A DNA stretch of 64,000 nt from Acidobacteriota bacterium (GCA_019244185.1 JAFATB010000023.1:160001-224000), one strand, 5' to 3'. Shown: positions 9,020 to 19,277, numbered from the stretch's first letter. The notes: generated by a model from the letters alone, not told the origin. Made by a program: numbers and translations.

Positions 9020-9793
9020 ATGAGCGCAGTCTTCAAATTCGAAGCATGGCGGGAAGCGGAACCGGTCGTACCGACCGCGGCCGCGACCGGCAAGAGCCTC
9101 ATCCAGCTCGAGCGGATCACCAAGACGTACGACTCCGGCGAGAACGCGGTGCAGGCACTGCGCGGCGTCGATCTGCGCATCGAGCGCGGCGAGTTCGTCT
9201 CCATCATCGGACCGTCCGGCTCCGGCAAGTCGACGCTCATGCACATCCTCGGCTGCCTCGACTCGCCCAGCGAAGGTCGCTACTGGCTCGACGGCGAAGA
9301 CGTGGCCTCGATGTCCGCGCGCGCGCTCGCACGCGTCCGCAACCAGAAGCTCGGCTTCGTGTTCCAGACGTTCAACCTCCTGCCGCGCGCGACGATCCTC
9401 AAGAACGTCGAGCTGCCGCTGCTCTACGCCGGCATCGACAGCGACGAGCGCCGCACGCGCGCGTTCGAAGCGCTGAAGCGCGTCGGCCTCGCCGAGCGCG
9501 CCAAGCATCGCCCCAGCCAGCTCTCCGGCGGCCAGCGCCAGCGCGTCGCCATCGCGCGCGCGCTCGTCAACGAGCCGTCGATGATCCTCGCCGACGAGCC
9601 GACGGGCAACCTCGATCAGAAGACCGGCTCGGACATCATCAAGCTCTTCGAAGAGTTCGCGTCGTCGGGACAGACCATCATCCTCGTCACGCACGATCCC
9701 GGCATCGCGCGCCGCACGCCGCGCCGCGTGAAGATCGTCGACGGCGTGATCGTCGACAACGACACCCTCGACGAACCGGGCGCGGAGGAGTAG
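9020..9793 (+). CDS. ABC transporter ATP-binding protein (MacB/LolD type)
   Basis: [50 protein letters not shown]. Confidence 0.95.
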   Translation: MSAVFKFEAWREAEPVVPTAAATGKSLIQLERITKTYDSGENAVQALRGVDLRIERGEFVSIIGPSGSGKSTLMHILGCLDSPSEGRYWLDGEDVASMSARALARVRNQKLGFVFQTFNLLPRATILKNVELPLLYAGIDSDERRTRAFEALKRVGLAERAKHRPSQLSGGQRQRVAIARALVNEPSMILADEPTGNLDQKTGSDIIKLFEEFASSGQTIILVTHDPGIARRTPRRVKIVDGVIVDNDTLDEPGAEE

Positions 9794-9796
9794 GCC

Positions 9797-11026
9797 GTGC
9801 TCATCCTCGAAGCCATCATCGACGGCATCCGCGACATCAAGGATCACTTCGGCCGCACGCTGCTGCAGCTCCTCGGCATCATCCTCGGCGCCGGCTCCAT
9901 CGTCGCGACCTTCTCGCTCTCCGTCGCCGGCAAGGAAGCGTCGATGAAGTACTACCGCGTCAGCGGCGGCATCGAGCGCATCTGGATCGGCAACAAGCCG
10001 ACCGGCAAGGTGACTCTCGACGCGAAGGCGCTGGCGTCCCAGGGGCTGACCTACGCCGACGCGATGGCGCTGCGCTCCGAAAGTAAAGAGATTGACCTCG
10101 TCTCGCCCGTCTCGCAGGGGCAGATGGACGTCGGCTACGAAAAGCTCACCAAACGCCGCGATGTCATGGGCGTGACGCCGGCGTACTCGCCGATCAGCTT
10201 CTTCCACGTCGACCGCGGCCGCTTCATCACCGACACCGACCTCGCCACTGCCGCCCGCGTCGTGGTCCTCGGCACCACGCGGGCCACCGAGTTCTTCGGC
10301 AGCGACGACCCGATCGGCAAGACCATGACCATCGACGGCGCCGGCTATCTCGTCGTCGGCGTCATGCAGGAGAAGTACTTCAGCTTCGATCAGAAGCACA
10401 ACGCGCTGCGCTGGATGAACCGGCAGATGTACATCCCGATCACCACGATGATGACGCGCAAGGGCGAGCCGCTGAAGCAGGGCAAGATCTCGTTCATGCA
10501 CGCGCGCATGAAGGACGTGGCGCGGCACAAGGAAGCGGTCGCGGAGATCGAGCGCATCCTCTTCCGCCAGCACGGCGTCAAGGACTTCGACGTCTTCTCG
10601 CGCGTGGCGAACCTCAAGCGCAACGAGAGCGAAGGGAAGATGTACGACGTCACCTTCATGATCTGCGGTCTGATTTCGCTGCTGGTCGGCGGGATCGTGA
10701 TCATGAACATCCAGCTGGCCTCGTTCAACGAGCGCGTGCGCGAGATCGGCACGCGCAAGGCCGTCGGCGCGACGCCCGCGCAGATCTTCTTCCAGATGCT
10801 CACCGAGTCGGTGCTCGTCTCCGTCTTCGGCGGCGTGATCGGCATCTTCGTCGGGCGCCTCTTCACGCAGGGCATCTCCGCGCTCACGCGCAACCCGGCC
10901 ATCATCACCACCGGCGTCATCATCAACGCGCTCGTCTTCGCGGCCGGCACGGGGCTCGTGTTCGGCATGTATCCGGCCATCCGCGCGTCGCGGCTGAATC
11001 CCATCGAAGCCTTACGTACGGAGTAA
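9797..11026 (+). CDS. ABC transporter permease (MacB/FtsX type)
   Basis: TM1, periplasmic domain, VGGIVIMNI...ERVREIGTRKAVGA, C-terminal PIEALRTE. Confidence 0.92.
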   Translation: MLILEAIIDGIRDIKDHFGRTLLQLLGIILGAGSIVATFSLSVAGKEASMKYYRVSGGIERIWIGNKPTGKVTLDAKALASQGLTYADAMALRSESKEIDLVSPVSQGQMDVGYEKLTKRRDVMGVTPAYSPISFFHVDRGRFITDTDLATAARVVVLGTTRATEFFGSDDPIGKTMTIDGAGYLVVGVMQEKYFSFDQKHNALRWMNRQMYIPITTMMTRKGEPLKQGKISFMHARMKDVARHKEAVAEIERILFRQHGVKDFDVFSRVANLKRNESEGKMYDVTFMICGLISLLVGGIVIMNIQLASFNERVREIGTRKAVGATPAQIFFQMLTESVLVSVFGGVIGIFVGRLFTQGISALTRNPAIITTGVIINALVFAAGTGLVFGMYPAIRASRLNPIEALRTE

Positions 11027-11031
11027 CGACC

Positions 11032-12258
11032 ATGCAAATCGGCGAATCGATCCGGACGTCCTACGAGGAAGTGAAAGCGCATCCGCTGCGGTCACTCTTC
11101 ACGCTCGTCGGCGTCATCCTCGGCACGCTCGCGCTGGTCGTGGTGATGTCGGTGCTCGACGGCATCGATCGCTCCGTCAAGCAGGGCATCAACGACCTCG
11201 GGCTCGACGGCGTCGTCGTGGCCTCGCCGCGCACGCCGGTCGACCGCATCGAGAAGGCGAAGGCGCACCTCTCGCGCGGCCTGCGCGTCGAAGACCTCAA
11301 GGCGTTCGACGGCACCGACAACATCAGCGACATCGCGCCGGTCGGCGAGACGCGCGCGGTCGTCACCGCCGGCACCGTGACGCGCCGCATCGAGGTCTAC
11401 GGCGTGACGCCGGAGTTCGCGGAGATCCGCAACCGCCTCACCTCGCAGGGCCGCTTCATCAGCGAACGCGACAACCTCGCCACCGCGCCGGTCTGCGTCA
11501 TCGGCTTCAAGCTGAAGTCGCAGCTCTTCGGCGGCGAGGAAGCGATCGGCCAGAAGATCAACATCGGCGGGCGCCGCCTCACGGTCGTCGGCGTGGGACA
11601 GAAGTTCGACATGAACTTCGTCGACGACGACGACATGCGCAAGGAGATGGGCGGCGCGTACATCCCGTGGACGGTTTATCGCGACATGTTCGGCCGCACC
11701 GACGCGGTGTCGTACATGCTCGCGAAGGCGATCACGCCGAAGAAGAGCGTCGACGCCGAAGACGAAGCCACCGCGCGCTTCCGCCAGGCGCACAACGGCA
11801 TCGGCGACGTCAAGATCGACAACCCCGGCAAGGAGATCCTCAAGGAGCGCGGGCAGATCGACATCATCCTGCGCAACTGGCGCATCGTCTTCTTCGCCAT
11901 CGCCGGCATCTCGCTGCTCATCGGCGGCGTGGGCATCTTCTCGGTGCTGAAGATCTCGATCTCGGAACGCCTCTTCGAGATCGGCCTGCGCAAGTCCCTC
12001 GGCGCCACCGACGCGGAGATCTTCGTGCAGTTCCTCATCGAGTCGGTGACGCTCTCGTTCGTCGGTGCCGCGGTGGGACTCGCCGGCGGCTCGGTCCTCG
12101 TGAAGGTGATCTCCGGCTTCTTCCCGGCGGGACTGCCGGTGTCGAGCTTCGGCCTCACGATCGCCAGCAGCTTCGCCATCGCGGTCGGCTTGTTCGCGGG
12201 GTTGTATCCGTCGCTGACCGCGTCGCGGCTGCAGCCGGTGGACGCGCTGCGCGGCTGA
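11032..12258 (+). CDS. ABC transporter permease (MacB/FtsX type), second paralog
   Basis: LRSLFTLVGVILG, ERLFEIGLRKSLGA, PVDALRG. Confidence 0.92.
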   Translation: MQIGESIRTSYEEVKAHPLRSLFTLVGVILGTLALVVVMSVLDGIDRSVKQGINDLGLDGVVVASPRTPVDRIEKAKAHLSRGLRVEDLKAFDGTDNISDIAPVGETRAVVTAGTVTRRIEVYGVTPEFAEIRNRLTSQGRFISERDNLATAPVCVIGFKLKSQLFGGEEAIGQKINIGGRRLTVVGVGQKFDMNFVDDDDMRKEMGGAYIPWTVYRDMFGRTDAVSYMLAKAITPKKSVDAEDEATARFRQAHNGIGDVKIDNPGKEILKERGQIDIILRNWRIVFFAIAGISLLIGGVGIFSVLKISISERLFEIGLRKSLGATDAEIFVQFLIESVTLSFVGAAVGLAGGSVLVKVISGFFPAGLPVSSFGLTIASSFAIAVGLFAGLYPSLTASRLQPVDALRG

Positions 12259-12274
12259 CGCCGCGCAGCGTGTC
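12241..12274. terminator. Hairpin between convergent genes
   Basis: GACGCGCTGCGCGGC-TGAC-GCCGCGCAGCGTGTC; no U-tract. Confidence 0.45.
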
Positions 12275-12283
12275 ACCATCGCA

Positions 12284-14110
12284 TTACCGCGTCAGCGCCA
12301 CGAAAGCCGCGGCGGCCAGCAGCATCGCAAGCAGGAGCAACCCGCGCGTATCGAGCGCCGGAACCGCGGTCGTGACTGCCGCCGCGGCGGTCGTCGACGA
12401 GAACGTGTCGGAGACGCCGCCGATCGTCAGCACCGTGTTCGTCGTGGTGCTGTTCGTGGCCGCGGACGTGTGCTGCACGCGCACGCTGTCGCCGTTGTTG
12501 ACCGTGCCCGCGACGGACGTGAACGCGCCGCCGTTGATCGAGTAGGCGCCGCCCGCGACGGAGATGGGCGCGGCGCCGTTGATGCCGCTGACGGTGATGC
12601 TGTTCGACGTGATCGTCGAACTGAGCACTACGTTCGTCTTATCGATGAAGATGAACGCATCGGGCGTCGTGTCCTGCGCGAGCGTCGTGGACGTGAACGT
12701 GTCGGAGACGCCGCCGATCGTGAGCGTGGTGTCGGTGTTCGTCGAGAAGCTCGCCGATGACGTGTGCTGTACGCGCACGCTGTCGCCGTTGTTGACCGTG
12801 CCCGCGACGGACGTGAACGCGCCGCCGTTGATCGAGTACGCGCCGCCCGTCACCGAGATCGGCGCGGCGCTGTTGATGCCGCTGACGGTGATGCTGTTCG
12901 ACGTGATGGTCGTGCTCAGCGGCACGTCCGTCTGATCGGTGAAGGTGAACGCATCGGGCGTCGTGTCCTGCGCGAGCGTGGTCGATGTGAACGTGTCGGA
13001 GACGCCGCCGATCGTGAGCGTGGTGTCGGTGTTCGTCGAGAAGCTCGACGACGAGGTGTGCTGCACGCGCACGCTGTCGCCGTTGTTCACGCTGCCCGCG
13101 ACGGACGTGAACGCGCCGCCGTTGATCGAATACGTGCCGCCGGCGACGGAGATCGGCGCGGCGCTGTTGATGCCGCTGACCGTGATGCTGTTCGACGTGA
13201 TGGTCGTGCTCAGCGGCACGTCCGTCTGATCGGTGAAGGTGAAGGCGTCCGGCGTCGTGTCCTGCGCGAGCGTCGTGGACGTGAACGTATCCGAGACGCC
13301 GCCGATCGTCAGCGTGGTGTCGGTGTTCGTCGAGAAGCTCGCCGACGAGGTGTGCTGCACGCGCACGCTGTCGCCGTTGTTCACGGTGCCCGCGACGGAC
13401 GTGAACGCGCCGCCGTTGATCGAATACGTGCCGCCCGTCACCGAGATCGGCGCCGCGCTGTTGATGCCGCTGACGGTGATGCTGTTCGAAGTGATGGTCG
13501 TGCTGAGCGGCACGTCCGTCTGATCGGTGAAGGTGAAGGCGTCGGGCGCGGTGTCGGGCGGCAACACCACCGTCGCGTCGATCTCCATCATCTCGAGATT
13601 CGTGTGGCCGCTGAGCGAGATCCAACTCGCGCCGCTGGTCGTGCTCGCGGCGAACGTCGCCGGAATCGTGCCGCTGCCCGCGACCGTCGTGTCGCTCGTC
13701 GAGCTCCACAGGCCGGTGTTGATGTCGCCGGGCGCCATGACGATCCAGTAGCTGGTGCTCGGCGACAGCAGCATCGCCGCGTTCGGCGTGACGCTCTGCG
13801 TGCCGAGGGTCGCGGTCAAGGTCGACGTGTCGAAGCTGCCGAGTTGCGCGAGCGGCTGATCGCTCCCCGAGTCGCTGTAGAGAAAGATCGAATACGGCTG
13901 GCCGGCGTTGTTCTTCGCGCCGCGGAACTGCAGCGTGGTGACGTTCCAGCTCTGCGCGTCGGTGGTGAACTTCTGCGCGAGCCAGAACGTGCTCTGCGGC
14001 GAGTCGTTGCTCGCGGGCGTGTTCGCCATCGTGGAGACCAGCACGGCGCCGCGGGCCGACGCGGTCGCGAAAACGAGAATTGACAAGACAAACCGGATCC
14101 GTTGAAGCAC
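12284..14110 (-). CDS. Surface protein: signal peptide, choice-of-anchor R-like domain, four 98-aa repeats, IPTL-CTERM sorting signal
   Basis: GTG 14110 with GGAGGT SD; LAQKFTT...LSPSTSYWIV domain; ends VPALDTRGLLLLAMLLAAAAFVALTR. Confidence 0.85.
   Translation of the reverse strand: MLQRIRFVLSILVFATASARGAVLVSTMANTPASNDSPQSTFWLAQKFTTDAQSWNVTTLQFRGAKNNAGQPYSIFLYSDSGSDQPLAQLGSFDTSTLTATLGTQSVTPNAAMLLSPSTSYWIVMAPGDINTGLWSSTSDTTVAGSGTIPATFAASTTSGASWISLSGHTNLEMMEIDATVVLPPDTAPDAFTFTDQTDVPLSTTITSNSITVSGINSAAPISVTGGTYSINGGAFTSVAGTVNNGDSVRVQHTSSASFSTNTDTTLTIGGVSDTFTSTTLAQDTTPDAFTFTDQTDVPLSTTITSNSITVSGINSAAPISVAGGTYSINGGAFTSVAGSVNNGDSVRVQHTSSSSFSTNTDTTLTIGGVSDTFTSTTLAQDTTPDAFTFTDQTDVPLSTTITSNSITVSGINSAAPISVTGGAYSINGGAFTSVAGTVNNGDSVRVQHTSSASFSTNTDTTLTIGGVSDTFTSTTLAQDTTPDAFIFIDKTNVVLSSTITSNSITVSGINGAAPISVAGGAYSINGGAFTSVAGTVNNGDSVRVQHTSAATNSTTTNTVLTIGGVSDTFSSTTAAAAVTTAVPALDTRGLLLLAMLLAAAAFVALTR
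12388..13555 (-). repeat. Four tandem intragenic 294-bp repeats
   Basis: Units start (minus strand) at 13555, 13261, 12967 and 12673; each encodes DTTPDAFTFTDQTDVPLSTTITSNSITVSGIN...IGGVSDTFTSTT. Confidence 0.95.
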
Positions 14111-14305
14111 ACGAACCTCCTGCTCTCTCTCTCCTGCGGATGGTTGGGGATCTCGATCGACGCGATCGTATCCGCCGCCCGCCCGGCGCGATGACAGGCT
14201 TTCGTTACATTGCGCGCGGCGCCGCTCAGAACTTGAAGAGGAGCGCGGCGAAGAGCGCGCCGCGCGCCGCCTCCCCACGTCACGCGCGCGATAGACTTTC
14301 CGCCG

Positions 14306-15556
14306 ATGCGCAAGCTGATCCTCGCACTCGCCACCGTTGCCGTCGCTGCAACCGCGGTCGTAGCGGTCGCCGCGTCCGCGCGGCAGCCGCCGGAGCCCGC
14401 GCGGCGCGATCCGCGCTTCGAAGTCAAAGTCACCGACGAGATCCGCCGTCACAGCCGCATCGAGGAAACGCTTTACTTCGCCGGCACCGCCTACTCCCTC
14501 GGCGTGCTCGTGCTGCTCCTCGCGAGCGGCGCGGCGCCGCGGATGCGCGATCTCTCGTTGCGGCTGACGAAGAAGCCGTTCGTCGTGGCGATGCTGACGG
14601 TGGTGCTGTTCGTGCTCGCGACGACGCTACTCGAACTGCCGCTCACGTACTACGCGGACTTTGTCGTGCCGCATCAGTTCGACCTGTCGGATCAGTCGCT
14701 CGGCTCCTGGCTTCTCGACGGCGCGAAAGGGCTCGCGGTGAGTCTCGTGCTAAGCGCCATCGTCGGCGCGCTCGCGCTCGAGGCGATCCGACGTTACCGC
14801 CGCTGGTGGCTCGTGCTGTGGCTCGGCAGCATTCCGCTGATCCTGCTCATGGTGGTCGTGCAGCCGATCGTGCTCGATCCGATCTTCAACAAGTTCGAGC
14901 CGCTGCAGAACCAGCAACTGAAGACGAAGCTGCTCGACCTCGCCTCGCGCGCGGGCATCGAAGGCGGCCGCGTCTACCAGGTCAACAAGTCGAAGCAGAC
15001 GAAGACGATGAACGCGTACGTCAACGGCATCGGCCCGACGAAGCGCATCGTGCTGTGGGACACGCTGCTCGCGAAGATGACCGACGACGAGATCCTCGCG
15101 GTGATGGGCCACGAGATGGGCCACTACGTGCTCAATCACATGTGGAAGGGCCTCGGCTTCGGCCTCGCCATTTCATTCGTCGTGTTCTTCGCCGGGCAGA
15201 AAATCTACGACCGCGGCATCGAGACGCGCGGCGCGCGCTGGGGCCTCACCGGCCGCGGCGATCCCGCATCGCTGCCGTGGCTCCTCCTCATCGCCGGCGT
15301 GATCGGCTTCTTCCTCTCGCCCGTGACGAACGGCTTTTCGCGCCACATCGAGCACGAGGCGGACGTCTTCTCGCTCGACCTCACGCACCTCAACGAGCCG
15401 ATGGCCCGTGCGTTCGTCAAGTTTGCCGAGGACTCGAAGCGCGACCCGGATCCCAACCGCTTCCTCGAGTGCTGGCGCTACTCGCATCCGGCGCTCGGAC
15501 GGCGCATCGACTTCGCGCTGGCGTACAAGCCATGGGAGGAACGGAAGACGCGTTGA
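14306..15556 (+). CDS. M48 family (Ste24-like) membrane metallopeptidase
   Basis: NAYVNG, RIVLWDTLL, HEMGH (HExxH), EHEAD, SHP. Confidence 0.92.
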   Translation: MRKLILALATVAVAATAVVAVAASARQPPEPARRDPRFEVKVTDEIRRHSRIEETLYFAGTAYSLGVLVLLLASGAAPRMRDLSLRLTKKPFVVAMLTVVLFVLATTLLELPLTYYADFVVPHQFDLSDQSLGSWLLDGAKGLAVSLVLSAIVGALALEAIRRYRRWWLVLWLGSIPLILLMVVVQPIVLDPIFNKFEPLQNQQLKTKLLDLASRAGIEGGRVYQVNKSKQTKTMNAYVNGIGPTKRIVLWDTLLAKMTDDEILAVMGHEMGHYVLNHMWKGLGFGLAISFVVFFAGQKIYDRGIETRGARWGLTGRGDPASLPWLLLIAGVIGFFLSPVTNGFSRHIEHEADVFSLDLTHLNEPMARAFVKFAEDSKRDPDPNRFLECWRYSHPALGRRIDFALAYKPWEERKTR

Positions 15557-15565
15557 AGTGAGCGC

Positions 15566-15976
15566 CTACGCCGCGAGCGCCTTGCGGAGCGTGCGCAGGC
15601 CGATCGACACCTCGACGCCGAAGGCCACGAGCAGAATTGCCAGCGCGGCGAGGATGATGTCGTAGCGCGGCGTACGCGAGTCGCTCACGTAAAACGCGCA
15701 GCCGCAGATTCCGACGACGATGAGCAGAAGGTACCGAATGCGCGCCTCCACGTGCACGAGCGCGCCGCCGTTCGGACCCGTCTCGATACGGCCGTGAAGG
15801 ATCGGGTTCACGGAGTGGGAGCTCGGGGCGCGCTTCAGGCGGAAGGTGTTCTCGCCGACTTCACCCTGAAACGCGGCGCGCTTCGCGGATGGCATCCGCG
15901 GCCGGATCAGCGCCCGCACGCGCGCCATCGCCTCTTCCGGCGGCAGCGGCGTCTCGATCGTCGTGCGCCAGTACAC
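15566..15976 (-). CDS. Hypothetical membrane protein
   Basis: GTG start 3 nt after upstream stop; two C-terminal hydrophobic helices. Confidence 0.65.
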   Translation of the reverse strand: MYWRTTIETPLPPEEAMARVRALIRPRMPSAKRAAFQGEVGENTFRLKRAPSSHSVNPILHGRIETGPNGGALVHVEARIRYLLLIVVGICGCAFYVSDSRTPRYDIILAALAILLVAFGVEVSIGLRTLRKALAA

Positions 15977-15979
15977 GCG

Positions 15980-16414
15980 TCAGACTCGCCGCGAGACGTC
16001 GCGCAGGCGCTCGACGAGGAGCTCGCAGAGCGCGACCGCGAACTTGGCGAGGAGTTGCGGGTCGAACGCGAGCGCCTCCGACAGCGTCCGCTTGTCCCAC
16101 GCGCGCACGACGGCGTCTTCGCCGGCGACGACAGAGACTGTCCGCGGCGAGTCGTCGAGGAAGGAGACTTCGCCGAGGACGTCGCCGGGACCGACGGTGG
16201 CAACGGTGACGGAGTGGTTGTCGCGTTGGGCGACGATGTCGAGGTGTCCGTCATCCACCGCGAACAAGGTCGAGTCGTTGTCGCCGGCGCGGATGAGGAA
16301 CTCGCCTTCGCTGACGCGGCGCAGTTCGGCGATGTGCTCGATGCGCGCGCGCTCGTCGTCGGTGCAGTAGCGGAACAGCGGATGATCGGATTCGGCGGGG
16401 AAGATCTTGTTCAT
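15980..16414 (-). CDS. Stand-alone cyclic-nucleotide-binding domain protein
   Basis: PLFR...GEFLIRAGD...GDVLGEVSFLDDSPRTVSVVA (GE...PR phosphate-binding cassette); ATGA overlap with upstream gene. Confidence 0.88.
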   Translation of the reverse strand: MNKIFPAESDHPLFRYCTDDERARIEHIAELRRVSEGEFLIRAGDNDSTLFAVDDGHLDIVAQRDNHSVTVATVGPGDVLGEVSFLDDSPRTVSVVAGEDAVVRAWDKRTLSEALAFDPQLLAKFAVALCELLVERLRDVSRRV

Positions 16415-16977
16415 TGCCAGAGCACGTCCCACTCGCAGGCGTCGGCGCCTTTGGCCGCGCACTGCGTCTGCCGCACGACGACGTTCTTGACGCCGGTCAG
16501 CTCCGCCATCCGTTCGATCCAGCCGGTGACGCGCGAGCAGCCGGCGAGCTCGCTCGGGAAATTCACGAGCCGGATGTGCGCGCTGGTCGCGGTCTGCTTC
16601 TCGACGCGCAACTCGCCGCGGTTGTAGAGCGAGCTCCACATCTGCGACGCCTTGCCGAGCAACGCCGTCGGCGTCATCACCAGCGCGAAGAAGCGGTAGA
16701 TCCCTTTTACCGCGTCGCCCGCGGCCTCGCGTCCGGCGCGGCGCGCGAACGTCTCGACCGTTTCGCCTTTCGCGTTCGCGGCTTCTTCGGTGAAGACGTT
16801 GAGCACGTGCACGGGGACGGTTTCCGTCGCGAGCATCGGGCTGCGAAAGCGCTTGCCAAACTCGGCGGGCAGCGCGCGGAAGACGGTTTCGCGCTGTTCC
16901 GGCGTGAGCTCCGCATCGATGAACTTCTGCAGGCTGCGCACGGGCGAGCCTTTGACCGTGACGCTCTCGTCGATCAT
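16411..16977 (-). CDS. DUF2378-like / V4R (H-NOX-fold-like) protein
   Basis: VKGS N-terminus, GCSRVTGWIE and C-terminal QCAAKGADACEW (V4R-type Cys pattern); only the last 188 aa of ORF 16411..19137 are taken as real. Confidence 0.7.
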   Translation of the reverse strand: MIDESVTVKGSPVRSLQKFIDAELTPEQRETVFRALPAEFGKRFRSPMLATETVPVHVLNVFTEEAANAKGETVETFARRAGREAAGDAVKGIYRFFALVMTPTALLGKASQMWSSLYNRGELRVEKQTATSAHIRLVNFPSELAGCSRVTGWIERMAELTGVKNVVVRQTQCAAKGADACEWDVLWQ

Positions 16978-17073
16978 CACAGAACCCTCATCTTGTGCTC
17001 GGAAAGTTGCTGACCGGCGACGAGTATAATCCGCTTTCTTCGTTGCCCCGCCGCCCCAGCTTTTGGAGGATTC

Positions 17074-19191
17074 ATGACCGACTCCACGCCTGGCAGCACC
17101 GCCGCCGAAGGTGCCGCCGCGATCGCCGACGCAGAAAGCAGCAACCGTCCGTCGCTGTCCGGCAAGCGCGAGCTCGAAGAGCTCTGCGTCAACACGATCC
17201 GCTTCCTCGCCGTCGACGCGGTGCAGAAGGCGAACTCGGGACATCCCGGCACGCCGATGGGCATGGCGGACATGGCCTTCGTGCTGTGGACCGAGTTCCT
17301 GCGGCACGATCCGCTCGAGCCGCACTGGCAGAACCGCGACCGCTTCATCCTCTCCGCGGGCCACGCGTCGATGCTGCTCTACTCGCTCCTCCATCTCACC
17401 GGCTATCCGGACATGACGATGGACGAACTGCAGCACTTCCGGCAGTGGGGCTCGAAGACGGCGGGGCATCCCGAATACCGCCACGCCACCGGCATCGAAG
17501 TCACGACCGGCCCGCTCGGCCAGGGCTTCGCGCACGGCGTCGGAATGGCGCTCGCGTCGAAGATGCTGCGCGTGCGCTTTACGACCGAGGATCCGTTCAC
17601 GCCGGTCGACAACCACATCTACGCGATCTGCTCCGACGGCGATCTGATGGAAGGCATCAGCTCCGAAGCCGGCTCCATCGCTGGCCACCTCGGCCTCGGC
17701 AATCTCATCTACTTCTGGGACGACAACCACATCTCGATCGAAGGCGACACGCGCCTCGCGTTTTCGGAGGACGTTCGCAAGCGCTTCGAGGCTTTCGGGT
17801 GGCACGTGCAGTCGATCGACGGTCACGATCGCGCCGCGGTGCGCAAGGCCATCCGCAAGGCGCAGCGCGAGACGGCGAAGCCGTCGCTCATCTGCGCGCG
17901 TACGGTGATCGGCTGGGGCAGCCCGAAGTATCACGGCACCGCGCGCGCGCACGGCGAGCCGCTCGGCGCGGACGAAGTGAAGGCGACGAAAGCGGCGCTC
18001 GGCTGGCCCGAGGAGCCGGCGTTCTACGTGCCGCCGGAAGTGCGCGAGGAGTTCGCGAAGCGGACGAAGAAGCTCGCGCGCGAACGGAAGAAGTGGGACC
18101 GCGAGATGACGGGCTGGCGCGCGCGCAACCCGCAGCTCGGCGAAGAGTGGGATCGCTACTGGTCGCAGTGGCTGCCCGACGGCTTCGACACGGTGCTGCT
18201 CGAAGGCGCGAAGACCGACAAGCCGATCGCGACGCGCGCGCTGTCGGGACAGGTGATCCAGAAGCTCGCGGAGATCGCGCCGTTCGTCGTCGGAGGTTCC
18301 GCGGATCTCGCGCCGTCGACGAATACGCTGATCAAAGACTCCGGCGACATCGCCCGGCCCAAAGAAGAAGAGAAGCGGCCGCCCGCGGACGTGCTGTTCC
18401 TCAATCGCAATCTGCACTTCGGCATCCGCGAGCACGCCATGGGCGCGATCGTCAACGGCATGACGCTGTACGGCTCGTGGCGCTGCTACGGCGCGACGTT
18501 CCTCATCTTCTCGGACTACATGCGTCCGTCGGTGCGTCTCTCGGCGCTGATGGGCATCCCGTCGATCTTCCTCTATACGCACGACTCGGTCTTCCTCGGC
18601 GAAGACGGTCCGACGCACCAGCCGATCGAGCAGCTCTGGTCGTTGCGGCTCATCCCGAACCTCTTCCTCTTCCGTCCCGCGGACGGCGCGGAAACGGCGA
18701 TGGCGTGGGTGCGCGCGGTGCGCAGCACGGACAGCCCGACCGCGATCGTGCTCACGCGGCAGAAGCTCGATCTCCTTCCGCGTCCGCTCGACTTCGATCC
18801 GCAGCGCATCCTGCGCGGCGCGTACGTGCTCGACGGCTACGAGAACGGCGACCTCACGATCATCGCGACGGGATCCGAAGTGCCGCTCGCGGTGAAGACG
18901 GCGGACCTCCTGCGCGGCGAGGGCGTCAACGCGCGCGTGGTCTCCGCGCCATGTCTCGATCTCTTCGACCAGCAGCCGGCGTCGTATCAGGACGAGGTGA
19001 TGGGCGACCGCGCGCGCGTCGTGGCCATCGAGGCGGGTCGCAGCGACGGCTGGTACAAGTACGTCGATCGCGACGCGCTGGTCATCGGCATCGACCACTT
19101 CGGCGCGAGCGCGCCGTACGAGCAGATCGCCGAGCATTTCGGCTTCACGCCCGAGCAGGTCGCGGCGCGCATTCGGGACTGGCGGAAATAA
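17074..19191 (+). CDS. tkt: Transketolase
   Basis: SGHPG, RDRFILSAGH, TTGPLGQG, SDGDLMEG, GIREHAM, THDSVFLGEDGPTHQPIE. Confidence 0.97.
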   Translation: MTDSTPGSTAAEGAAAIADAESSNRPSLSGKRELEELCVNTIRFLAVDAVQKANSGHPGTPMGMADMAFVLWTEFLRHDPLEPHWQNRDRFILSAGHASMLLYSLLHLTGYPDMTMDELQHFRQWGSKTAGHPEYRHATGIEVTTGPLGQGFAHGVGMALASKMLRVRFTTEDPFTPVDNHIYAICSDGDLMEGISSEAGSIAGHLGLGNLIYFWDDNHISIEGDTRLAFSEDVRKRFEAFGWHVQSIDGHDRAAVRKAIRKAQRETAKPSLICARTVIGWGSPKYHGTARAHGEPLGADEVKATKAALGWPEEPAFYVPPEVREEFAKRTKKLARERKKWDREMTGWRARNPQLGEEWDRYWSQWLPDGFDTVLLEGAKTDKPIATRALSGQVIQKLAEIAPFVVGGSADLAPSTNTLIKDSGDIARPKEEEKRPPADVLFLNRNLHFGIREHAMGAIVNGMTLYGSWRCYGATFLIFSDYMRPSVRLSALMGIPSIFLYTHDSVFLGEDGPTHQPIEQLWSLRLIPNLFLFRPADGAETAMAWVRAVRSTDSPTAIVLTRQKLDLLPRPLDFDPQRILRGAYVLDGYENGDLTIIATGSEVPLAVKTADLLRGEGVNARVVSAPCLDLFDQQPASYQDEVMGDRARVVAIEAGRSDGWYKYVDRDALVIGIDHFGASAPYEQIAEHFGFTPEQVAARIRDWRK

Positions 19192-19206
19192 ATCAATTGC
19201 ACCGGG

Positions 19207-19240
19207 GGCGTGACGCGGCTCACAAACGCCGCGTCACGCC
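19207..19240 (+). terminator. Perfect 13-bp hairpin after tkt
   Basis: GGCGTGACGCGGC-N8-GCCGCGTCACGCC; weak U-tract. Confidence 0.6.
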
Positions 19241-19277
19241 GTTCGTAGAATCCGCGCGCGAGTCCGGGAGTGCGTGT

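Noticed and set aside
12388-13555. Tandem repeats considered as a CRISPR array
   Set aside because: 294-bp in-frame coding units with no unique spacers and no cas genes
15980-16414. cNMP-binding protein as the Pycsar partner of the TIR gene
   Set aside because: About 39 kb away, host-like codon usage, and no cyclase in the window; no evidence of linkage
16978-19137. N-terminal 720 aa of the 908-aa ORF 16411..19137
   Set aside because: Antisense to tkt; only the part from ATG 16977 looks like a real protein
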